Positions 17,124-26,288 of a stretch of 64,000 bases of DNA are shown here, in pieces; position 1 is the stretch's first letter; each line of letters starts with the position of its first letter. This stretch comes from Candidatus Binatia bacterium (GTDB lineage Bacteria; Desulfobacterota; Binatia; HRBIN30): positions 96,001 to 160,000 of the forward strand of contig JBBRSP010000003.1 of assembly GCA_038245295.1 (NCBI GenBank). Reading direction: 5' to 3'. Position numbers and translations under genes: made by a program. The notes beneath the pieces are model-generated. The model did no database searches and was not told where the DNA came from. It saw only the letters and a program-made list of their open reading frames with translations.

Positions 17124-18284
17124 ATGGCTTGGGACGTTCGTGAGTTGCTCGGCGAGATGGTTGCGCAGGGGGCCTCTGACCTTTACCTGACAGTCGACAG
17201 CCCACCGATTCTGCGCGTCGAGGGGTTCAATCAGCCGGTCGGCGACGCCAAGCTCGATTCCAAGTCGGTGGAGTTACTCGCTGGCGCGCTGATGACCGAC
17301 CGACAGCGGGCGCTGTTCGACGAACGCCTCGAGATCAACCTGGCGATTGCTTCGGATCGCCTCGGTCGCTTTCGCATCAACGCCTACCGCCAGAGGGGCG
17401 CCGTCGGCGTCGTCGTGCGGCAAATTAAAATGAAGATCCCGACACTCGATGAGTTGGGATTGCCGCCGATCCTCAAGACGATCGCCTCGAGTCGACGCGG
17501 GCTGGTTTTGGTGACAGGCGCGACGGGCTCGGGCAAGTCGACGACGCAGGCGTCGATGATCGATTACCGCAACGAGACGTCGACGGGCCACATCCTGACC
17601 GTCGAAGATCCGATCGAATTCGTGCACCCGCATCGCAAGTGTATCGTCAGCCAGCGCGAGGTTGGCTTTGACACCGTGTCGTTCAACGAAGCTCTGCGCA
17701 ACGCACTGCGGCAGGCTCCCGACGTAATTCTCGTCGGCGAGGTACGCGACCTGGAAACGATGGAGGCCGCGCTAACCTTCTCGGAAACAGGTCACCTCTG
17801 TCTCGCCACACTGCACTCGAACAATGCCAACCAGGCGATCGAGCGCGTCATGAACTTCTTCCCCGTTGCTCGCCATGCCGAGATCTTTCTGCAGTTGTCG
17901 CTCAACCTGAAGGCGATCATTTCGCAACGATTGATCCCCGGGATCGACGGCAAACGCGCCGCGGCGCTGGAGATCCTGGTCGACACGCCGTACGCCAAGG
18001 AGCTGATCAAACGCGGCGAGATCGACACGCTCAAAGAAGCGATGGAGACCAGCACCCAGGAAGGGGCGCAAACGTTCGATCAGTCGGCGTTCGAGCTGTA
18101 TGCCGCCGGCCTGATCAGCGAAGAGCAGGCGCTGGCAAACGCCGACAGCGCCAACAACCTGCGCATCAAGATCAAACAGCTCGAGATCAGCCGCAAGAAC
18201 CCGGGGCAACGCCGACAGGCTCTGCTGCACGAAGGCGACGGAATCCGCCTGGACGAAGGCCGCGGCGGCTTCAACCGCCGCTAG
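17124..18284 (+). CDS. pilU: PilT/PilU family ATPase PilU
   Basis: GATGSGKST, LRQAPDVILVGEVRD and TLHSNNANQA; lacks AIRNLIRE; tandem with pilT. Confidence 0.92.
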   Translation: MAWDVRELLGEMVAQGASDLYLTVDSPPILRVEGFNQPVGDAKLDSKSVELLAGALMTDRQRALFDERLEINLAIASDRLGRFRINAYRQRGAVGVVVRQIKMKIPTLDELGLPPILKTIASSRRGLVLVTGATGSGKSTTQASMIDYRNETSTGHILTVEDPIEFVHPHRKCIVSQREVGFDTVSFNEALRNALRQAPDVILVGEVRDLETMEAALTFSETGHLCLATLHSNNANQAIERVMNFFPVARHAEIFLQLSLNLKAIISQRLIPGIDGKRAAALEILVDTPYAKELIKRGEIDTLKEAMETSTQEGAQTFDQSAFELYAAGLISEEQALANADSANNLRIKIKQLEISRKNPGQRRQALLHEGDGIRLDEGRGGFNRR

Positions 18285-18339
18285 GTCAGACGGCGGACAT
18301 CGGAACACGCCCAACGCGGCTCAGGCTTTTAGCCTGCAA

Positions 18340-18413
18340 ATTCAGCGCGGTACGCGCAGGCTTTCGCCTGGGGTAGCCGAACGCTGCCTGCCCGTTGAAT
18401 GAAATGCAGAGCT
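18340..18413 (+). repeat. Degenerate right half of the GTAG-REP miniature element
   Basis: ttcagcgcggtacgcgcaggctttcgcctgggg...gttgaatgaaatgcagagc aligns by eye with 24174-24248. Confidence 0.65.
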
Positions 18414-18760
18414 TTGGACTGGGGTGGCAATCGCAGAGCGAGAGCTTTCCCACCGAACTGTCCCGCGTGATGGGCCCAAGCCTGCGGCGGGGCGACGGAT
18501 TTGCAATCGCAATGCGCCTTCCGGGTATCCCCAAAGCGCAATTTCTTTCGCATTTCACTTTTCGGGATCCCGGAGATCAGAATGTTTTGCGCACAGCAGT
18601 TGTCAGCGACCTTGGATGTGGTGTGCCGCTCGCGGCGCGCTCGCGCTCTGAGATCGTGGGCTTGTCACGATCATCGTACGGGCCTTTGTTCACCCTGAGC
18701 TGGCTCTGCAGGCAATTCGTGTGAGCCGGTAGTTGGGAAACGGCCGCCATCCCGGCGGAG

Positions 18761-18965
18761 GAGACTGTCGATAAACTGAAATGAAGCAACGTCATCCCGG
18801 CGAAAGAGCCTGTCGTAAAACCAAACTGGAGCAACGTCATCCCGGTGAAAACCGGGATCTCTCCCTGCTGGAAGCCTCGAAAGCTGGCAAGATACCGGCT
18901 TTCGCCGGTATGACGGAGGTGTTTGCGGAGTTTCAAACGATGAATCAGAGAAAATCGACAGTCTT
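18761..18965. mobile_element. Nested MITE-like elements with GAGACTGTCG-type terminal inverted repeats carrying CGTC-type REP hairpins
   Basis: Left ends GAGACTGTCG (18761) and GAGCCTGTCG (18806), right end CGACAGTCT (18956-18964). Internal hairpins CGTCATCCCGGTGAAAACCGGGATC and GATACCGGCTTTCGCCGGTATGACG. Near-identical sequence at 24033-24351. Confidence 0.75.
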
Positions 18966-19081
18966 CTGCGCCGCGCCGACGCCCGAAGCGCGACACGGCA
19001 GGAAGCTCACGACGCTGACTTCACCCGCAACCCAACCCGAAGTCTCAGGCCAGCCCTCGCCCTTGGTTTCCTACCCTGAAC

Positions 19082-19879
19082 CGCGATAGTCTCGCCGACG
19101 ATGCAGCCAGATGTGGGGACATCGCGCTCGTTGCTTACGGGACCGGCAGTCAGATCACGAGTTCCGTGGACGAGCGCGATCTGGCGCTTACCCTTACCTA
19201 TGGCGGCATCTTCGAGCTGCCGGTAGGAGACAAGCTCTTTGCGGCCGAGGACATCCCGAATGGAATGGGCAAGACCCTCACCCCTGGGCGGCAGGCCGCT
19301 CGGCGCGGCAGGCGATCCCGAGAGCTGCCTGCTGTATGTGGCCGACGGCACGGCCGAGCTCAGCATCATCGACCTCTACTCGCTGGGCGGCACGCGCGAC
19401 CGCATCAACGCCGCCTATGCCCCAACCCCCGACAAGATCGACGATCGAGTCCTCAGAGGCGCATCCAATCGTGGTCCTCGCGGCATGCGGGGAGGATACG
19501 GATTGAGGAGTGCAACCGACATCGATGCACCACATCGCTGCCGCGCGTGGGGTCGCTTGCAGCCGACGACCGAGAATTGCGCGAATCGCCCATACGTCCA
19601 GGACTCGGCTTGATCTGTGGAAGGTCGTTTGTCGAGCTAGTGTGCGGTGGCACCGACCAAGATCATCTCTTAGTTTGTGACGCTGACATTACCCGGTTCC
19701 AGCCAAATGGCCGGTGGGCGTGGATCGTTAATCAGGGTGGCATTTGGGACGACTATGTCGCCAGCAGCGACAAGACCGCTGAAGTGCGGCGCGAACTCCG
19801 TGAACGTTCCGATGCAAGCTTTACGATTGCGAGACCGGTGTGTGCAGCGGTTCTGCCGATCGAGTGTACAATATGGTAG
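19082..19879 (+). pseudogene. Frameshifted fragments of a large extracellular protein gene
   Basis: Protein-like stretches switch frames: GDIALVAYG...TYGGIFEL, then LLYVADGTAELSIIDL (LVIVD/propeller-like), then a C-terminal piece ending LPIECTIW. No start or signal peptide. Confidence 0.5.
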
Positions 19880-20787
19880 CGAACCGGCGATTGGTCACGG
19901 TGTGTGTCGCAGTGATGTGCCTTCCCGGGGGTGCCTCCGCGGAGATCTGGCGCAGCCCGACCCCAGCGTGCTCGCCGTGTACCATCGACTTAACCAACGA
20001 CCACAATCTGAGTGCTATTTTTGACGCGGGCCTACGGCCCTGGCGGGTTCCCCGCGCTGAGACCCACCAATGCTCTATCGAGTGGCGCGAGCAGCTACGC
20101 GTCGTGTTGCCAAATGGTCGCTCATTCGAACTCACGATTCGGCGCGCCGATATGAGCGTAGTCGCGAATAATGAGTTGTCCTTTATTACCCTCTTTGGCG
20201 AGGACGAAGGGATAACCTCGGCAATTGAGCGGGTGAGGGGCATCTGTCATGCGGCCGGCATCCCAAGCGAATCGTTCGAGCGAGTCGTGGCCGGGCTTGC
20301 TGGTAGCTCGACAGGAGAGAAGCGTTGGTTCAAGGCCGCGGAGGTGGATGATGTGCGAGTGTCGATCACATTTGATCCATTGGATCTCGGCAATCGGATC
20401 GTTGCAGGGGTCTTGGTTCAGCTAAACTACCAACCCTCGATCGCCAGGCGCTGGAAGAAGCAAGGGAGCATCGGGCCGGAGTATGTGCCGCTCACTGAAC
20501 CGATTCAGCCGCCGCGCGGGTACGAACACGTGTCGATGGATCCGCCGACACCGCAGCTTTGGCCTACGAATACGCCCACCCAACTACCGCCAGGAAATAT
20601 CAACGCCGGAGTTCGGTTGGCCGTTACTCCAACAATCACTGCATCTCCGACCGCATCTCCTCGACCGTCGATACCACTGAAAACACCTTCGGTCACACCC
20701 GCCGCGGCGAAACCTCACGGCGTCCTTGACGGCGGATGGGCGAAGACTGGTGGATTCTCGGCGATAGCTGCTCTGATTACATGTTAG
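19873..20787 (+). CDS. Secreted hypothetical protein with Thr/Pro linker; C-terminal anchor probably frameshifted
   Basis: Signal peptide MVANRRLVTVCVAVMCLPGGASA and a PT-rich tail. The -1 frame continues MLALYFRRRRDE to 20819. Confidence 0.7.
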   Translation: MVANRRLVTVCVAVMCLPGGASAEIWRSPTPACSPCTIDLTNDHNLSAIFDAGLRPWRVPRAETHQCSIEWREQLRVVLPNGRSFELTIRRADMSVVANNELSFITLFGEDEGITSAIERVRGICHAAGIPSESFERVVAGLAGSSTGEKRWFKAAEVDDVRVSITFDPLDLGNRIVAGVLVQLNYQPSIARRWKKQGSIGPEYVPLTEPIQPPRGYEHVSMDPPTPQLWPTNTPTQLPPGNINAGVRLAVTPTITASPTASPRPSIPLKTPSVTPAAAKPHGVLDGGWAKTGGFSAIAALITC

Positions 20788-21099
20788 CACTGTATTTCCG
20801 TCGGAGGCGCGATGAGTAGGGTCTATGCGAGCAGCCGCAATACTAGATGCAGCTGCAGGATCTCCGAGTTGGCTGAACGGGCGGGGGCAGCTCGGCCATG
20901 GTCCGAAGGCTGGGCTCAAAACGTTCGCTTCACACGCCGTGGACGGATCGACGGCGACTGCCACGATATTGTTGCGAGGGACAGGCCCGCGATCGACGTG
21001 GCGAGGACCAAATCGAGGTATCTTGGAGTTGGGGCTACGCTAAGGGACGAGCGAACATGGGAACGGGCCCAATCACCCGGCTGGAGTAGAAGGCGCTAG

Positions 21100-21936
21100 A
21101 TGAGCATGCGGCCAACATTCACGTCCTCGTGGGCGGCGTTGCTTCTGGTGGCCGCGTCTTTGTTCTTTGCCTTCCCTGTGCGAGCCCAGCTTGCCGCGAC
21201 GGACCTACGCATCGCCGGTCGGCGTCCGGTTGTCGAAGATACCGAGACGACAACCCCGAAGAACCAGGCAACTGGCATCGTCGTGCGCCTGGTGGATGCA
21301 TCGCGGCCGGACGATGCCCTACCATCTGGATTTCAGACCGTCGACGGTGGTCGGACGACGGTAGTGAGAGCAACCCTCAGCGGCCCTGGGCTGACTGAGC
21401 CGCTGTCGCTTTCTGTGGAAGTCCCACCGGATCACGTACCAACGCCTCCGGATGGCGATCAGAATGCCGTCCTCCTACCCGTCCCGGCGCTGCCCGTGGC
21501 GGGTCACTACCTACTTGAAGACATTCGACTCACCGATTCGATGGGCAACCTGATCCTGCAGGCGGAGCCGTCGGTGACCACGATCAACGTCGTCGACCGG
21601 GTGCTGATTACCGGCGTCAGCACGCGCCCGTTGTCGCTGGAGGAGATCCAATCGCGCGGCATCCTGCTCGATGCCAATAGCTTCACGGCCTTCGAGTTCA
21701 CCGTCGGCTTCGGTACGTTGTCGAACAGTCTGCCGATCAAGCTCGACATGGCGTTCAAGATGGACACTGCCCCGGTCGGTGGTCTCGTTTACGTAACCGC
21801 CGTCGACACTGACACACAACACACGGCGGCGCGCGAGGCGCCGACGCTGCAGGAGCGCGAGGATCTGCGCGTTTCGATCCGTTGGGGTGGGCGAGGCGTT
21901 ACAGGCGCACGATCCGGCTGTAGTCGCGTTGCTTGA
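21100..21936 (+). pseudogene. Truncated N-terminus of a giant secreted protein
   Basis: Signal peptide ending VRA-Q. Contains VSTRPLSLEEIQSRGILLDANSFTAFEFTVG, which I recall from N-termini of very large Ig-like repeat proteins (unverified). The sequence degrades soon afterwards. Confidence 0.55.
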
Positions 21937-21941
21937 AGAAC

Positions 21942-22016
21942 CCGCCTCCGCCCGCACCTTTGCCTCCGCCTGCGTTTTCACACAGGCGAGGGCGAGGGCG
22001 CGGGCGAAGCCGAGGG
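21942..22016. terminator. Long imperfect GC-rich hairpin between convergent ORFs
   Basis: gcccgcacctttgcctccgcctg...caggcgagggcgagggcgcgggc. Confidence 0.45.
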
Positions 22017-22017
22017 G

Positions 22018-23118
22018 TTAATGAAGCTCGCCTAGCACCCAGGCGGCGGTATCGTGCGGCAGGTCGGGGATCTGGGCGACGAACTCTTCGACGTCCTTGC
22101 CGACGATGCGGGCGCTGAAGTTCTCCATCAGGAATGAGTGGTAGTGTTTGGCGACGCGCTCACTCAACAACCCACAACGCTTGAGAGTTGGGATGACGAA
22201 GCCTTGAACGGGACCGAGGCGCTTGCCGGCCGGTACCTGTTTCGACAACTCCTCGCGCTCGTTCTGCAGCGAGGTCAGCATGGCGGCCGGATCGACGCCG
22301 ACCTCGGCCCAGATGGCGAGGATGGTGCTGAAGAAGGTCTGCTGGTTGCGCTGATCGATCAAGGTGCGCGCCGCCTCGAGGGCGAAATCTTCCAGGTCGC
22401 TGCGTTGACTGTCGGTGAGCTGCGGCACGCAGCGCGAGAGATACGTGACGCCGTAAGCGTGATGACGCGCTTCGTCGCGCGCCACATACGTCAGGAGCTC
22501 CTTGAGCAGCGGCTCCTGGGTCAGGTTGCGCATCTCTCGAAAGCTGTAGAGGGCCAGGCCTTCGACGACGATCTGCATGCCGACGAGCTTTTTCATCCAG
22601 TCGTCGGTCTGTAGCGTCGCATCGAGGATGTGCTTGAGAGCCGGCGCAATCGGCCGTACCTCGTCGAGCTTCTTGATGTACTTGGCGAAGACTTCGACGT
22701 GGCGCGCCTCGTCCATCGTCTGCGTCGCGGCGTAAAACTTCGCGTCGGTATGCGGCGTGGCGTTGACCAACTGTGCGGCGACCATCAGCGCGCCCTGCTC
22801 ACCGTGCAGGAAGTTGCTGAGGCGAAAGCTGGCGACGCGGCGGTTGAGCTCCAGTTGTGTGTCGGCGGAGAGGGACTTCCAGTACGACGTCTGGTCGATG
22901 GCGATGGCGGCGCCGAGCGGCGTCGTCGCAAACTTCTCCATGTCGATCGGCCGGTCCCAGTCGATTTCGCGTTCAGCAATCCACTGCGCCTCGGTTGCCT
23001 TCTGATACAGGCTGCGCAGTTCGTCGACCTGCGGATTGTAGTTCCACTGGTAGATGACCTTCATGGCCGTATCGATCGGGGCTTCTTCGGTTGTGCTGGT
23101 GATGCTGAACTCGTTCAT
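22018..23118 (-). CDS. Ferritin-like diiron protein (AurF-related superfamily)
   Basis: SD AAGGAG. Diiron ligand pattern LHGEQGA, DEARHVE, VEGLA, DEARHH. Confidence 0.88.
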   Translation of the reverse strand: MNEFSITSTTEEAPIDTAMKVIYQWNYNPQVDELRSLYQKATEAQWIAEREIDWDRPIDMEKFATTPLGAAIAIDQTSYWKSLSADTQLELNRRVASFRLSNFLHGEQGALMVAAQLVNATPHTDAKFYAATQTMDEARHVEVFAKYIKKLDEVRPIAPALKHILDATLQTDDWMKKLVGMQIVVEGLALYSFREMRNLTQEPLLKELLTYVARDEARHHAYGVTYLSRCVPQLTDSQRSDLEDFALEAARTLIDQRNQQTFFSTILAIWAEVGVDPAAMLTSLQNEREELSKQVPAGKRLGPVQGFVIPTLKRCGLLSERVAKHYHSFLMENFSARIVGKDVEEFVAQIPDLPHDTAAWVLGELH

Positions 23119-23139
23119 AGGTGTCTCCTTCAATTTGAA

Positions 23140-23892
23140 TTAACGGCTTCGGCCGCCGGCACGGACGGGCTGTGACGGTGGCTGTCCAATGATTTGCAAT
23201 GCTTGTCGCAGGGCGTCGATCGCGTCCTTTGGTTTGCCCGCCTCGATGGCGGCAAGACACGCGTCGATCACCGGTACGACGCGACCCGGATCGCGCTGCA
23301 GGTGTCGGCGTGTCTCACGTAACGGTTCGGAAGCCAGGAAGCCGCGCACACGTCGCGCCAGCATTTGCCAGACACGGTTGCCGGTGATGTCGGACAGCAG
23401 CACGATGACATCGCGCCCGGCGGCAAAGCGCGCCTCCACCTCCAGGGTGGTATCGGCCATGACGTCGCGCAACCGTCGCAGCTCGCCGACCTGCTCACTG
23501 CGGAAGCGCTCGATGGCGAGGCGGGCCATCTCGTACATGAGGAGCGACACGACCTCGTTCATCTCTTCGAGCAGGGCAAGGTCGACCTTACCGCCGTGCA
23601 GGATCATCGGCGCCAGGACATCCAGGGAGGCATCGGTGAGAGGCTGAACGGTCGCGCCGTCGCCCTGTCGCACACTGACGAGACCGAGACCTTCGAGAAC
23701 CTTGATGGCTTCGCGCACCGACGTGCGATTGACGCGAAACTCTTCGGCCAGTTCGCGCTCCGGCGGCAGCTTGCTGCCGGCGCGGTACCGGCCGTCGATG
23801 ATCGCATCGCGCAACTGCTGCGCCACGTCTTCGTGTAAACGGCGCCGCGCCGGGGGGCGAAACGGCGTGACTTTGCGGCGCATCGACAACAT
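23140..23892 (-). CDS. GntR/FadR family transcriptional regulator
   Basis: KLPPERELAEEFRVNRTSVREAIKVLEGLGLVSVRQGDG wHTH plus an FCD-like C-domain. Start is 23883 or 23892. Confidence 0.93.
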   Translation of the reverse strand: MLSMRRKVTPFRPPARRRLHEDVAQQLRDAIIDGRYRAGSKLPPERELAEEFRVNRTSVREAIKVLEGLGLVSVRQGDGATVQPLTDASLDVLAPMILHGGKVDLALLEEMNEVVSLLMYEMARLAIERFRSEQVGELRRLRDVMADTTLEVEARFAAGRDVIVLLSDITGNRVWQMLARRVRGFLASEPLRETRRHLQRDPGRVVPVIDACLAAIEAGKPKDAIDALRQALQIIGQPPSQPVRAGGRSR

Positions 23893-23910
23893 GGAATTGA
23901 ACTGGTTATT

Positions 23911-23927
23911 AAATGGTCCAACCAATT
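23911..23927. promoter_or_regulatory. FadR-subfamily operator palindrome
   Basis: AAATGGTCCAACCAATT matches the AATTGGT-N3-ACCAATT consensus and lies just upstream of the GntR gene. Confidence 0.75.
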
Positions 23928-24032
23928 GCAAGAAGGGTTGGTAAATTTGTCGGCCCTTGTCGTTCAGGTGACGGCCGGGACCCAGTGTAACCGGATGCGG
24001 AGCTACGTTTTCATCACTGGACCCGGGCGTTC

Positions 24033-24351
24033 GAGAATGTCGTAAAGCCAAAGTGGAGAAACGTCATCCCGGTGAAAACCGGGATCTCCCCCTGCAGGCT
24101 TTGGACGGCAATTCGCCTTGGAGGACTCCGCAGGCTGAAGCCTGCGCCTACCGGTTTCCAATTCGCAAGTGTATTCAGCGTGGTAGGCGCAGGCTTCAGC
24201 CTGCGGTGAGCTGAGCGTTGGCTGCTCGTCGAATTTACGTGCAAAGCCCCCTGCTGGAAGCCTCGAAAGCTGGGGAGATACCGGCTTTCGCCGGTTTGAC
24301 GGAGGTGTTTGCGCCGTTTCAAACGATGAATCAGAGAAAATCGACAGTCTC
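24033..24351. mobile_element. Second copy of the GAGACTGTCG-type MITE, interrupted by a 154-bp insert
   Basis: Left end GAGAATGTCG, right end CGACAGTCTC; flanks align with 18806-18965. Confidence 0.8.
24096..24249. mobile_element. Inner MITE with 19-bp imperfect TIRs and an inverted GTAG-REP doublet
   Basis: GGCTTTGGACGGCAATTCG / CGAATTTACGTGCAAAGCC (3 mismatches). CCTGC is duplicated at 24091-24095 and 24250-24254. REPs at 24128-24152 and 24182-24206. Confidence 0.8.
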
Positions 24352-24455
24352 TTTCGCTGGAATGACGGAGACGCTGAAATCAACAGTTCAGAGAAAGTCG
24401 AGTCATGCGCCCGGTGACGGCTGTTGGGTTGAGCCTAAGTACTCCGGCTCACGCG

Positions 24456-24533
24456 CCGCAGGCTGAAGCCTGCGCCTACCAGACTGAGTGCGCACCGTAA
24501 AGCGGATCGGTAGGCGCAGGCTTTAGACTGCGG
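24456..24533. repeat. Inverted GTAG-REP doublet (REPIN-like)
   Basis: CCGCAGGCTGAAGCCTGCGCCTACC, a 28-nt spacer, then GGTAGGCGCAGGCTTTAGACTGCGG. Confidence 0.85.
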
Positions 24534-24575
24534 AGGGCGGTTGCGGATACGTCACCGCATTTGTGCCGAACAGCA

Positions 24576-24881
24576 CTAGGGTGCCGCTGCTGGTGCCGGC
24601 TGCGCCGTGTCGCCGGGTTGAGTCTGAGCCAGGTCGTTGAAGCGTTTTTCGAGAGTCTGGAAACTTTGCGCCATCTGCTCGGCGATCTTCTGGAAGTCTT
24701 CGAGCTGTTTGTCGGCGCGGGCGCGGGATTCTTCGGCGGCCGCGATCTTACGATTGAGCTCTTCGATGCGTGCCGGCGAGATGTTCGCCGCCGGTGGACC
24801 ACTCAAGACGAGCGCGGCAACAGCGCCGACGATGATGCCAAGACCGAGACCAACGACGAGGCCCTTGGTGAAAGGAGTCAT
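24576..24881 (-). CDS. Small single-TM coiled-coil protein
   Basis: N-terminal TM GLVVGLGLGIIVGAVAALVL followed by a heptad-rich helix. Confidence 0.75.
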   Translation of the reverse strand: MTPFTKGLVVGLGLGIIVGAVAALVLSGPPAANISPARIEELNRKIAAAEESRARADKQLEDFQKIAEQMAQSFQTLEKRFNDLAQTQPGDTAQPAPAAAP

Positions 24882-24953
24882 TGGCGAACCTTCCTAACAC
24901 CGCCGTCCTCGGTGACAACCACCCGGGCGGCTCGCGAGGCGGCGGCAGTTCGA

Positions 24954-26120
24954 TCAAGCCTCCGTGGCGACGACGACGGCGTGGACACGATCACCGGGCA
25001 CGAGGCGCCAGAAGACCAGGGCGGCGAGGGTCGGGGTGAATCCGGCAACGCCGAACATGACGCGGTGACCGAAATGATCGGCGACCTGGCCGAAGACAAA
25101 GGCGCTGCTCATGACACCGAGATTGAAGGCTCCGTTGAAGAGCGCCTGGGCCCGCCCGAATTGTGGTTTGGTGCTGATGTCGACCATGTAGGCGTGCAGT
25201 GTTGGGTAACTGATGCCCTGGGCAATCCCGAACGCCGCGCCGGCGGCGGCGAGGGCGGCGACGTTGGTGGCATCGGCAAGTCCGAAGATCGACAAGCTGA
25301 GAACAAGCAACGCTGGGATGACAACGCGGCGGCGGCCGACGCGGTCGGACAGGCTGGCGCCGATCAGCCGCGTGCCGATCGCCGTGGAGGTGTAGGCACC
25401 GAAGAAGTAGCTGGCGCGGCCGAGATCCATGACGCGCACAAAGGTCGGGATGAAGGTCATGACGCAGCCGAATCCCATTCCCTGCAGCGCCATGGTAGCG
25501 GCGACGATCCAGTGAAGTTGGCTGAGACTTGTGGCGACACCCGCCGTGGGAATGTCGGCCGGTTCATGGACCGGGATTGTGCGCGCCAGGACAACGGCCA
25601 CGAGGGAGAACGAGGCTGCCGTCAAAAACAGCGCGTGAAAGCCAAAGCTGGCGATGATCTGTTCGCCGATCATCGGCGACAGAGCATGGGTGAGCAGCGT
25701 CGATACGCCAAACAGACCAAGCGCCTGGCCGCGCTGTTCGAGTGGGGCGAAGTCGGCCGCCATCGTTGTCGAGGCGGTGAATGCCGCGGCGAAGCTGATG
25801 CCCTGCAACGCCCGCAGCACGAACAGCATCGGCCCCAGCTCGTGGATGAAAATGAAGGAAGCCGAGGCGAGCGACATGCCGAGGCTGCCGAGCGCCAGAA
25901 AGCGACGTCGCCCAAGGCGGTCGATCAAGCGCCCGAGGAACGGCAGCGACAACATCGACGCCAGCCCCGTGATACCCATCGCAATGCCGATCGTCCCCTC
26001 CGAGCCGCCGAGGGAACGCACGTACAGCGGTAAGAGAAAGAATGCCGCGAAGTTGAGGAAGAAGAAAAAGTTCGCCGCCATGACGCGGCCGAACGGGCCC
26101 TTCATCAGATCAATACGCAT
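24954..26120 (-). CDS. MFS transporter
   Basis: About 12 TM segments; motif A variants GRLIDRLGRRR and SLSDRVGRRR. Confidence 0.93.
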   Translation of the reverse strand: MRIDLMKGPFGRVMAANFFFFLNFAAFFLLPLYVRSLGGSEGTIGIAMGITGLASMLSLPFLGRLIDRLGRRRFLALGSLGMSLASASFIFIHELGPMLFVLRALQGISFAAAFTASTTMAADFAPLEQRGQALGLFGVSTLLTHALSPMIGEQIIASFGFHALFLTAASFSLVAVVLARTIPVHEPADIPTAGVATSLSQLHWIVAATMALQGMGFGCVMTFIPTFVRVMDLGRASYFFGAYTSTAIGTRLIGASLSDRVGRRRVVIPALLVLSLSIFGLADATNVAALAAAGAAFGIAQGISYPTLHAYMVDISTKPQFGRAQALFNGAFNLGVMSSAFVFGQVADHFGHRVMFGVAGFTPTLAALVFWRLVPGDRVHAVVVATEA

Positions 26121-26288
26121 GAGCTCACTTTGCCATTTGGCCGCGGCATCGTTTGATCATTTGCGGATGGACGACTCATCGCCCCCGTGTGCTCACCTGC
26201 TGACGGTCACCAGCATTGCGGCTATCGCTACGGCGCCGACAAACCCTGAAGTGACCAACCGACCAAACGACAAAATGGCCGATGTTCA

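Noticed and set aside
18329..19089. Short ORFs in the repeat regions (for example 18577-18996 and 18781-19089, likewise 24003-24466)
   Set aside because: They are translations of REP/MITE sequence, with the same peptide words recurring at both loci.
24033..24533. CRISPR array
   Set aside because: The repeats alternate in orientation, are palindromic REP types with irregular spacing, and no cas genes are present.
24561..26033. 490-aa plus-strand ORF
   Set aside because: It is the antisense shadow of the MFS and small membrane genes, a common artefact in high-GC DNA.
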